Shown: in pieces, positions 27,190 to 35,299 of the stretch | Layout: each line of letters opens with the position of its first letter | Position numbering within the stretch: position 1 is the first letter of the stretch | Assembly (NCBI GenBank): GCA_963822405.1 | Contig: CAWGHH010000002.1 | Coordinates: 107,703 to 171,702 of the forward strand | DNA from: Candidatus Uhrbacteria bacterium | Lineage (GTDB): Bacteria; Patescibacteriota; Patescibacteriia; UBA9934 | Reading direction: 5' to 3' | DNA length: 64,000 bases | Notes under the pieces: generated by a model | Database searches by the model: none | The model's input: the letters and a program-made list of their open reading frames with translations, nothing else | What the model was told of the DNA's origin: nothing | Program-made: the position numbers and the translations under genes

Positions 27190-30100
27190 ATGCGTCTAGT
27201 ATTTTTTCGTTGGAAAAGCAAGGTCGTAGCTGTCTTGGCGCTCGTCGCCATGCTTGGCCTCATGACTTCATCTCCTCAACCAGCCTTTGCAGCTGTTATC
27301 ACCTGGGATAACGGCGGGGGAGATGGACTTTGGAGTACTTGTACAAACTGGCTAGGAGACGTTTGTCCAGGCACCGGTGATATTGCTACATTTAATCCAG
27401 CCGTATCGGATACCTCGTCAACAATTGATACACTATTCGGTGATTTCTTTTCGGCCACTGTCGGTGGTGTAAATATAATGACGGGTTTTACTGGAACTAT
27501 CACTCAGGCTCGGGCGGTCAATATTGGGACTAGCGGTTGGTCGCAGGATGGAGGGACACTTAGTGGAAGTGCTGATCCAGCTCATTATTTTGCGGTGAAT
27601 AACGGAACCTTTACACTTTCTAACGGTACATTCACTGCTCCGTCGGCTACGGCTCTTGAGCTGAATACTGCGGCTTTTGTAATCACTGGCGGTACGTTTG
27701 ATCCGAATGGTGGAACGTTGGAGGTTGTGGGTACGGCCAGTTCAGTGGATGTTCTGAACTCCTTTACCTTTTCAAACCTGACTGTACAAATGACCGGTTC
27801 GTCGAATATTTTTACGATTGCGGCTGGTGACACACTTATTGTTCCAGGGACGTTTGCTTTTATGAACGGTAAGATTAACGGCGGAACGGTTGAAACTCAG
27901 GCTGCTATGAGTACGGGCAGTCACCCTGTTTACCCTGACGGTGGTACGGGGACCATCATTATTGACGGACCAGCCGTCAGAACAATTACTTTGTCGACCA
28001 ATGCAGCTGGCGGTGTTTCATTGCCGAATGTTGTTTTGAATGCTGCGGATGTAACCATATATTCAGGAGCGAACGCGGCATTTACCAGCCTAACAATTCA
28101 GGCCGGAGCTATTCTCACGGAAGCTCGTGCCAGAAGTTTCTCGGTAGCTGGTAACTATCTGCAAAGTGGTGGCTCCGTAGACCTGAGTAATCTCCTTAAC
28201 GTTAACCTTTCCACTTTTTCAGTTACTGGTTTATTGTCAGTGACTGGGGCGACAGCTAGCCTTATTTTGGGAGAGACAACTCAAGTAGCTGGAGGTTGGA
28301 CACATACCGGAACGTCTACGATTAACGTTGGAACTGGACTTGTGACCATGCGACTGACTTCCGATATTAATCTTACCGGCGATGCTACATTTAATGACCT
28401 CATCATCAATTTTTGCTCGCCGAGCTTAGTGAATCATGCTGTTACGGTTGCTACTGGAGTCAACAATCAATTCATCGTGAATGGCAAGGCTTGGATAGAG
28501 GGTTGCGGATTCAATAACTTACTATTTTTGCAGAGCAACTCAAGCGGAGTGCAGGCAGACGTTGATTTTGCTGGTCGTACCACTATGTCTCGCGTAGTCA
28601 TGAAGGACATTAACAATTACGACGCAACTCCTGTTCAGTGTGTCAATCGATGTATGGATCGGGGAGATAACGCAGGTGTTACTTTTCTTCCCGAGAATCG
28701 GTTTATTTCCGTCGGAGCTGCTTACGCCGCGGCCGGGAACGCAACCACTGATACTTCGGAAAGTGGCGATTCAGTTCGAGTTGATGTTGTTTTGCGGTTA
28801 GCACCAACAGCCACAGTGACTATTCCAGTTGCTACTTCTGATGCAACAGAAGCTGAGTCGAACGTTAGTTCGTTAATTTTTACCACGGACAACTGGAATG
28901 TTCCGCAGACCGTTACTGTGACAGGTATAGAAGATTTGATCGACGATGATAGTATCTCCTACTCGCTAAATATCGGTTCGGCCACTTCTACCGATTTGGG
29001 ATATGACGGCCTTTCGATTAGTGTTCCTTTGAAAAATCGTGACAATGATACGACCGAGGGAAGGGTCGATTTCCAGAATGGTGAAGACTTAAATATCCTG
29101 TCTGGAGACATTCTTTCAGATGGCAGCAGTTTGAAATATAAAAATTGGAGCTCTTCGGATGTATATGATTCCAACGGCGCACTTGCCACGGTTCATGACA
29201 ATGTGATTTTCGATCCAGATGCCAATATGTTCTGGGAAGCTGATCAATCCAATAATCGGCTTCTAAAATTTGATCCGACTGGCGTGATAGATGTTACAGC
29301 TCCAATTGCCTCGCCAGCCAGTCCTTCTAAAGTTGTATATGACTCAACTCATTTAGCTATTTGGACTACATTTTCTGGTAGCTCAAACATTGTTAAGCTG
29401 GAATCTTTAAACGGAACGCCTTTTGATACCGATCTAGCTACGAGCACCTATCCAGTTGGTGGCATACCGGCATTTATAGCGTACGACGCAACTCAAGATT
29501 CAGTTTGGATTTTGACTGATGCCTCAGTACTTGTAGAGATTGATGCGGCGACTGGTGGTGTGTTGCATTCGTACGCAACATTAGTAAATGCAAGTGAACT
29601 AGTTTATGACAGCGTGAATAATAAACTTTGGACATTGACCAGGCCATTTAATTCATATTATGTTCTCGAGAAGATTGATCCTTTGACCGGGCTGACAACT
29701 AATACGTATCCGCTCCCAACGGTGACTGGAGATATTCAGGGGACAGTTCGTTTAGCTTTTGATGTAACGAATAACATAGTTTGGGTTTCAGATGCTCCGA
29801 GCAATGAGAGTGACGGTGCGGCTTGGGATAGCGTGGATTTTTTGATGGGTATTAATGGAGTTGATGGGACAGTTCGAGGAGTCTACGATTCAGACTTTTT
29901 AAGCCTAGGTTACCCAGTGGTGAATGAATATGATCAATTGGTGCATTACGGCTTACATTCATTCGCCATCACCGATGGGAGTCGACAAGGTGTGATAGGT
30001 GCTGAGATTGAAGCTGTTTCCGGTACTGGAGAAATGTGGAGTAATGGTAATTTGTACTATCACACGCTCTATTGGCCAAATGCTTATACAACAGCTACAA

Positions 30101-32733
30101 CAGAATATGGTGGTTTACTTCCTACCACTCTTTGGAGCACGTTAACGGAATATCCAAATGCAGAAATTACCAACGGTTCCTCTCTTTACACTTTTTCATT
30201 TAATAGTGGTTCAAGCTACTACATTTGGACCGGTTCAGTCTGGCGCGTGATCGCTTCTAGCTTAGCGGCTGATCATGGCAATGGAGACGGGGATTGGTAT
30301 TATAGAGATTCTGCCAACGGGTGGACATTCGACGCTACGGCAACTGCAACTAGTGCTATTCAGAACGCCATTCGTTACGCCAACGGAAGCAATGATATGA
30401 CTGGTGCAACAGCCCAGTCCTTGGCGCCCGGTACTTGGGAAAGTGCGCCCGGTTGGGTTGCATTGACTCCATTTCTTGCCTCTACCTCTTACTACACTCC
30501 AGACACGCTTATCTACACGGATACTTGGGCTAGTTTAACTGATGTTACGCTGAACGAAACTCTGGCTGGGCAAGGAGCTTATTACGCATTTTCATTTACG
30601 GACAGTGAAAAATTCTCCATTTGGACCGGTTCCGCTTGGCGAGTCATTGCCAGTTCTCGGACGGCTGATCACGGAGGAGCTGAATGGACCTGGTATTTCC
30701 GTGATGGTGCTAACGGCTGGGTAAATACTTTTGATACAAGTGGCTTTGACGACGCCATTCATTCTTTGAATTATGCAATTAGCGGTGTTGGATTCACGGG
30801 AGTAGTCCAAAATCAAATGACGGGCACTACGGTCAATGCATTGACCCAGGCTAACTTGAACGCGGCCGGTGGTTGGACTTTAGCTATGCCAATAGATGTG
30901 AGCGCCACACTTAAGACAACAAGCAGGCTCGTCACACCGTCCGTTCAGGATGCGACCTTCTCGTTTACTACTGGTTCGACTCCTGGAGTAGCAATTTCTG
31001 AGACCGCGAGTTCAACGGATGTCACAGAAGGCGGGGCGACGGACACGTATTCCGTTGTTTTAGATTCTTTGCCAACCGATAGTGTTGTAGTCACGGCCAC
31101 AGGCAACGCGGATGTTTCCGTTTCTGGACCATTGACCTTTACCGTTGGCAACTGGAACGTTCCGCAGGACATAACTGTTACCGCAGTTAATGATTCTATA
31201 GACGAGGTAAGTCTTGAGAATGCAACTATTACTCACGCTGCGGCTTCAACCGATGTTAATTATGATAGTGGTCTCTCGGTGGCTAGCGTAACGGCACACG
31301 TGACTGATAATGATGTTGCCGGTATTACGGTTGGCGCGATTTCTGGCCATACAACTGAGGCGCTCGTTACAGCAACATTTACTGTGGTTCTTGATACGCA
31401 GCCAACCGCTGATGTTTCAATCGGCGTCACGTCTGATGATACTTCTGAGGGCACGGTCTCACCGGCTTCACTCACGTTCACAAGCGGTAATTGGTCAACT
31501 CCTCAAACTGTTACCGCGAGTGGTGTAAATGATTCTCCGGTTGACGGCGATATCACATATCACATTGTTCTTGCGGCTGCTACTTCAGCCGACACGTTTT
31601 ATAGCGGAATAAACCCAGCTGACGTAACCGTGATAAATGATGATAACGACGTTCCATCGTCTGGAGGTAGTTCGTTTGTGCAGTTGCCATCGCCTACGTC
31701 TCCAGATTCTCATGCAGTTTCTGCGCCTACTTGTACGTCGGCCAGCTTGGTTAATGTGCTCATGTCGGCTCATAACGCAACTTCGTACATGCTCTCTATC
31801 GATGGGGCATTTGATACGGAATCGTGGCTCACATTCACACCCAACGTAAATGATTCAACTTGGGTAATCCCAACCATGAATCTTGGCGTGATGTTGCCGG
31901 AACCAGATGGGGAATACCTTATCTCTGTTCGGTATCGATCATCATCAGGAAACGTTTCATCGACTGTTTCAACTCAGGTACAGCGGGATATCGCTGGCGG
32001 TTGCGTGAATCCTTCCGTCATTCCTACGCCAGCAGAGCCAGCACCAACCGAAAATCAACCAACTCCAGGTGAGCCGGGTACTGGCACTACAATAATCGAA
32101 TATCAACCAGGATGTTTAAACATCAGCCGTCCAAAAGACCTAACAAGAAACATTATTGGTCGAGGTCTCTCGCCAATTACCGGCAAAGAAGAAGACATTA
32201 TTCAGCCTCTCCCGGGTGATTACATGCGCGCCCAGAATATCGACACTGTCTACTGTATTGATGCCTCGTCACGTCGACGACCATTTATTGACGAGACCAC
32301 TTATTTTACCTTCGAGCGTTCATTTGACCCGGTAGTTTTTGTGACAGACGCTACTCTCCCTACTCTGCAAATGGGTCCGCCAATGTTGCCTAAGGCCGGA
32401 GTGACATTAGTTAAATTCCGTTCCTCCCCAATTGTTTATCGAGTAATTGAAAACCCAGGAGATACAGATCATCGTGTGCTCAGGCCTCTCGCAAGTGAAG
32501 CTGTGGCCAAACTTAACTACGGCGAAAACTGGTCAGACTATATTATTGACGTAGACGAAAGTCTGAATGCCTGGTTCATTATCGGCGAGCCCATCACTGG
32601 CCTAGAACAAGAAAGCCTCAGCACCTTCCGTCCCCGAGATCTCCTCAATGAAGTCAGTAAATCAGTCGAGCAACAGCTCTCAAACTTCACTAACTTCCTC
32701 GGCGCAATTTACAATCGTATATTTGCGCACTAG
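27190..32733 (+). CDS. Very large secreted surface/adhesin-like protein (1847 aa from M17) with β-propeller-like and Ig/Calx-β-like tandem repeats and a conserved C-terminal domain
   Basis: Signal peptide MRLVFFRWKSKVVAVLALVAMLGLMTSSPQPAFA. Blade-like ~40-aa repeats around residues 680-900 (VYDS...W motifs). A duplicated ~95-aa unit (Y[TA]FSF...IWTGS[VA]WRVIASS..ADHG...W[YT][YF]RD[SG]ANGW). Three consecutive ~110-aa repeats (TVTA[TV]NDS..D) near residues 1290-1620. The C-terminal 125 aa are homologous to the 21243-21764 frame. Confidence 0.7.
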   Translation: MRLVFFRWKSKVVAVLALVAMLGLMTSSPQPAFAAVITWDNGGGDGLWSTCTNWLGDVCPGTGDIATFNPAVSDTSSTIDTLFGDFFSATVGGVNIMTGFTGTITQARAVNIGTSGWSQDGGTLSGSADPAHYFAVNNGTFTLSNGTFTAPSATALELNTAAFVITGGTFDPNGGTLEVVGTASSVDVLNSFTFSNLTVQMTGSSNIFTIAAGDTLIVPGTFAFMNGKINGGTVETQAAMSTGSHPVYPDGGTGTIIIDGPAVRTITLSTNAAGGVSLPNVVLNAADVTIYSGANAAFTSLTIQAGAILTEARARSFSVAGNYLQSGGSVDLSNLLNVNLSTFSVTGLLSVTGATASLILGETTQVAGGWTHTGTSTINVGTGLVTMRLTSDINLTGDATFNDLIINFCSPSLVNHAVTVATGVNNQFIVNGKAWIEGCGFNNLLFLQSNSSGVQADVDFAGRTTMSRVVMKDINNYDATPVQCVNRCMDRGDNAGVTFLPENRFISVGAAYAAAGNATTDTSESGDSVRVDVVLRLAPTATVTIPVATSDATEAESNVSSLIFTTDNWNVPQTVTVTGIEDLIDDDSISYSLNIGSATSTDLGYDGLSISVPLKNRDNDTTEGRVDFQNGEDLNILSGDILSDGSSLKYKNWSSSDVYDSNGALATVHDNVIFDPDANMFWEADQSNNRLLKFDPTGVIDVTAPIASPASPSKVVYDSTHLAIWTTFSGSSNIVKLESLNGTPFDTDLATSTYPVGGIPAFIAYDATQDSVWILTDASVLVEIDAATGGVLHSYATLVNASELVYDSVNNKLWTLTRPFNSYYVLEKIDPLTGLTTNTYPLPTVTGDIQGTVRLAFDVTNNIVWVSDAPSNESDGAAWDSVDFLMGINGVDGTVRGVYDSDFLSLGYPVVNEYDQLVHYGLHSFAITDGSRQGVIGAEIEAVSGTGEMWSNGNLYYHTLYWPNAYTTATTEYGGLLPTTLWSTLTEYPNAEITNGSSLYTFSFNSGSSYYIWTGSVWRVIASSLAADHGNGDGDWYYRDSANGWTFDATATATSAIQNAIRYANGSNDMTGATAQSLAPGTWESAPGWVALTPFLASTSYYTPDTLIYTDTWASLTDVTLNETLAGQGAYYAFSFTDSEKFSIWTGSAWRVIASSRTADHGGAEWTWYFRDGANGWVNTFDTSGFDDAIHSLNYAISGVGFTGVVQNQMTGTTVNALTQANLNAAGGWTLAMPIDVSATLKTTSRLVTPSVQDATFSFTTGSTPGVAISETASSTDVTEGGATDTYSVVLDSLPTDSVVVTATGNADVSVSGPLTFTVGNWNVPQDITVTAVNDSIDEVSLENATITHAAASTDVNYDSGLSVASVTAHVTDNDVAGITVGAISGHTTEALVTATFTVVLDTQPTADVSIGVTSDDTSEGTVSPASLTFTSGNWSTPQTVTASGVNDSPVDGDITYHIVLAAATSADTFYSGINPADVTVINDDNDVPSSGGSSFVQLPSPTSPDSHAVSAPTCTSASLVNVLMSAHNATSYMLSIDGAFDTESWLTFTPNVNDSTWVIPTMNLGVMLPEPDGEYLISVRYRSSSGNVSSTVSTQVQRDIAGGCVNPSVIPTPAEPAPTENQPTPGEPGTGTTIIEYQPGCLNISRPKDLTRNIIGRGLSPITGKEEDIIQPLPGDYMRAQNIDTVYCIDASSRRRPFIDETTYFTFERSFDPVVFVTDATLPTLQMGPPMLPKAGVTLVKFRSSPIVYRVIENPGDTDHRVLRPLASEAVAKLNYGENWSDYIIDVDESLNAWFIIGEPITGLEQESLSTFRPRDLLNEVSKSVEQQLSNFTNFLGAIYNRIFAH

Positions 32734-32853
32734 GTGGATAACGATGTGCGTCTTACCCCCCCTGGTATGATTGTCACATGTATCGGCTTCGTCATTGCGA
32801 GGGTGTCGTCCGACGACAGCCCGAAGCAACCTAATAAATAATTTAATCGCATT

Positions 32854-33576
32854 ATGAAACATCTCTTCGCTCTTCTTCTCCTCTCCCTCTCCTTCGCTCC
32901 TCTCGCCGCGCAGGCGGATATGTTGCCGGATGGAGAGCATGGCGTGAATAACTGCGTAAGTATTGACAACGTTGCTTCGTTTCCAGAATATACTTTTTTT
33001 GTTCACGTTCAAGCGAACTTTCCCGGTACATTCGAAATCGGCACTAAGCCGACCTGTTTCTTGCGGGGGAGAGCGGGTATTTTTGGCGTTCTAACTGAGG
33101 ATTTGTCTAAGATAGTTAAGCTTTCGCCGGATGACGAACAGTTTGGCGATTGGCCAAGCCAGGGTTCTAATCCGCCACTGTTCTACGTCGCTCCAAGATT
33201 TTCTGTCGATCTTCCTTCGAGTTTGCCGGACACAGGTAGAACCGCCAAAATTGATTATTTGATTCACGTGCGTGACATTGGCATTGGTCAAGGCAATAAA
33301 TCATCGTTTAAGTATTTATCTGCTTCCATTGTCAACACAAGTTATTTCGATACAGAAGGCAATAGAGTCGATGAATTTGATCATCTAGCTTCGCTTGCTT
33401 CAGGCGTCGACAACTCTTTAGTTAATGATACAATTTTGCCAAATCCACCAGCCTTCACGACCACAGAGTCCTCAGAGCTAGTGTCATCAACTTCTCCTCT
33501 CGCCCTCATCTGGATTGTGATCGTTTGTATGGGCGCATGTGTCCTCGCGATCGGTATCAAAACATGGAAGAAGTAA
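32854..33576 (+). CDS. Secreted protein with signal peptide and C-terminal TM anchor plus basic tail
   Basis: Signal peptide MKHLFALLLLSLSFAPLAAQA. C-terminus ...SSTSPLALIWIVIVCMGACVLAIGIKTWKK is a hydrophobic helix followed by KTWKK, i.e. a sortase/exosortase-substrate-like tripartite tail without LPXTG. Confidence 0.5.
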   Translation: MKHLFALLLLSLSFAPLAAQADMLPDGEHGVNNCVSIDNVASFPEYTFFVHVQANFPGTFEIGTKPTCFLRGRAGIFGVLTEDLSKIVKLSPDDEQFGDWPSQGSNPPLFYVAPRFSVDLPSSLPDTGRTAKIDYLIHVRDIGIGQGNKSSFKYLSASIVNTSYFDTEGNRVDEFDHLASLASGVDNSLVNDTILPNPPAFTTTESSELVSSTSPLALIWIVIVCMGACVLAIGIKTWKK

Positions 33577-33869
33577 AGTTTCTCATTTTTACGTTACTTG
33601 CTGAACTGCCTGTCGCTTTGTTGTTACTCCAAAAGGAGGACTGGCGACAGGTTTGTTTGGTTGTTCTTGGCGTCAACATGATTTCGCATCCAATAGTTTG
33701 GCAGTTAATTTTTTTCCATCAATTAAACTGGTTTGTGGCCGAGTTCGGGGTAGCTGCTTTCGAGGGTCTCGTCTTCGCCGCTGTATTCAAAAACCGACGA
33801 CTGTTAGCCGGTATTGTTGCTGTGGCGATGAACGTCTTTTCAGCTGCTATTGGATACATATTCTTTTGA
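33525..33869 (+). CDS. Small hypothetical membrane protein
   Basis: 114 aa with 3 hydrophobic helices. Overlaps the previous gene in another frame. Weak support. Confidence 0.3.
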   Translation: MYGRMCPRDRYQNMEEVKFLIFTLLAELPVALLLLQKEDWRQVCLVVLGVNMISHPIVWQLIFFHQLNWFVAEFGVAAFEGLVFAAVFKNRRLLAGIVAVAMNVFSAAIGYIFF

Positions 33870-33882
33870 TCTCCTTCCTTCC

Positions 33883-33945
33883 GTCGGGCGTAGCCCTACA
33901 GGCGAGCCTCTATCTCCTCTATTTCCTCATGTCGGCATTGGGTGT
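33883..33945. repeat. GC-rich palindromic intergenic element, copy B (reverse orientation of the core), abutting the start codon at 33961
   Basis: ccgtcgggcgtagccctacaggcgagcctctatctcctctatttcctcatgtcggcatt. Its reverse complement matches 3661-3709 at 43 of 48 positions. The tail ctctatttcctcatgtcggcatt matches 3753-3775 at 21 of 23. Confidence 0.6.
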
Positions 33946-33960
33946 TAAGATACTCTCACT

Positions 33961-34536
33961 ATGAGCAACGAAGTCGTCTTGGACATTGAAACGCAGAATA
34001 CTTTTGATGAAGTTGGCGGATATTTTACGGATAAACTTAAGGTTTCATTGGTTGGCGTGTACTTTTACGAAACTGATACTTACGAGTCATTCCTGGAGCC
34101 AGATTTGCCAAAGCTATTTGCAAGACTTGAAAAGTCTGGTCGAATTATTGGCTACAATTCAATTGGTTTCGATATGCCGGTACTGAATAATTACTACACG
34201 GGCGATCTTTTGAATTTGCCCCAGCTCGACATGCTTGCTCACATCAACAAAGCACTTGGCTATCGAATTAAACTAGACGCTGTAGGTCATGCAACTGTTG
34301 GCATCGAAAAGTCCGCTCATGGTTTGCAGGCAGTTGCTTGGTGGAAAGAGGGGAACATTGATGCTATCCGCGAGTATTGTTTGCAGGACGTGAAAGTGAC
34401 CAAAGAAGTGTACGAATTCGGCAAAAAGAACGGCTACTTGTTGTTCGACGACCGCAAAGGTGAACGCCAAGCCATCCCAATCAACTTTGCCGAAGTAAAA
34501 CCAACGACGACGGTTAATATGACCCTTGGATTTTAA
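33961..34536 (+). CDS. 3'-5' exonuclease, DEDD (DnaQ-like) superfamily
   Basis: Exo I VVLDIETQN, Exo II IGYNSIGFDMPVL, Exo III YCLQDVKVT (Y-x3-D). Confidence 0.5.
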   Translation: MSNEVVLDIETQNTFDEVGGYFTDKLKVSLVGVYFYETDTYESFLEPDLPKLFARLEKSGRIIGYNSIGFDMPVLNNYYTGDLLNLPQLDMLAHINKALGYRIKLDAVGHATVGIEKSAHGLQAVAWWKEGNIDAIREYCLQDVKVTKEVYEFGKKNGYLLFDDRKGERQAIPINFAEVKPTTTVNMTLGF

Positions 34537-35299
34537 TTACATGCGCAAATTATTCGTTTTCATTCTTGCTCTCTTATTTCTGTCCGTTGTTTGTGGATCA
34601 ATTTTACTCGTGGGCGAGCAACTGCCAAGGGGTTTAACTCGACGAACACTGAATATTGACGATCGTCATATTGTGTTAGACGTCATGAATCTCACCGCGC
34701 AGAACCTGTCCATGAGCCTTCTGAACGAACCGTCAAACGCGCGGAACGTTAAAGAATGGCGAGCGTCCACGAACGCCGATCTCGTGATTAACGGCACTTA
34801 CTTTGACGAAAAGAATACGCCAACTGGTTTTTATTCTTTAAACGGTTCAGCCAGTGCCACGCCTTGGCCAAGGGCTGAGGATCAGCTGGCAACCGCTAGT
34901 TATTCTTTCTTGGTCGAGGTAGTGGACGGTAAGCTCAAGCTTTCGTACTTGCCAGACAATCCACGCACCGAACCGTCAGTGAACGGTTTTTTGTCATTTC
35001 CAACTTTAATCGCTGATGGCAAGTCGCTCGTCACCGCGGATACTGGCTTGCGTGCCCAACGCACCATGTTGGCCCAGGATGCTTCGGGTGGCGTCTACTT
35101 GATCACTATTGAAAAGGGCAGCGTATCCTTGTTTGAGGCCGCTACTTGGCTTCTCGCGCAACCCGAAGGCTTCGTCCTCGCGGGGAACCTCGATGGTGGA
35201 CCGTCGACTGGCATTTCATACACAGATGGCAAGCGAGTTTTTGACGAATTTTCGGCTCCGATTCCAAATGTTATTATAGGTCAATCGTATGGAAAATAA
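34526..35299 (+). CDS. Phosphodiester glycosidase-like (DUF2233-like) secreted/membrane-anchored protein, tentative
   Basis: N-terminal TM/signal segment. Motifs LVINGTYFDEKNTPTGFY and LAGNLDGGPSTGISY resemble the phosphodiester glycosidase family. Judged from memory of the family consensus only. Confidence 0.4.
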   Translation: MDFNYMRKLFVFILALLFLSVVCGSILLVGEQLPRGLTRRTLNIDDRHIVLDVMNLTAQNLSMSLLNEPSNARNVKEWRASTNADLVINGTYFDEKNTPTGFYSLNGSASATPWPRAEDQLATASYSFLVEVVDGKLKLSYLPDNPRTEPSVNGFLSFPTLIADGKSLVTADTGLRAQRTMLAQDASGGVYLITIEKGSVSLFEAATWLLAQPEGFVLAGNLDGGPSTGISYTDGKRVFDEFSAPIPNVIIGQSYGK

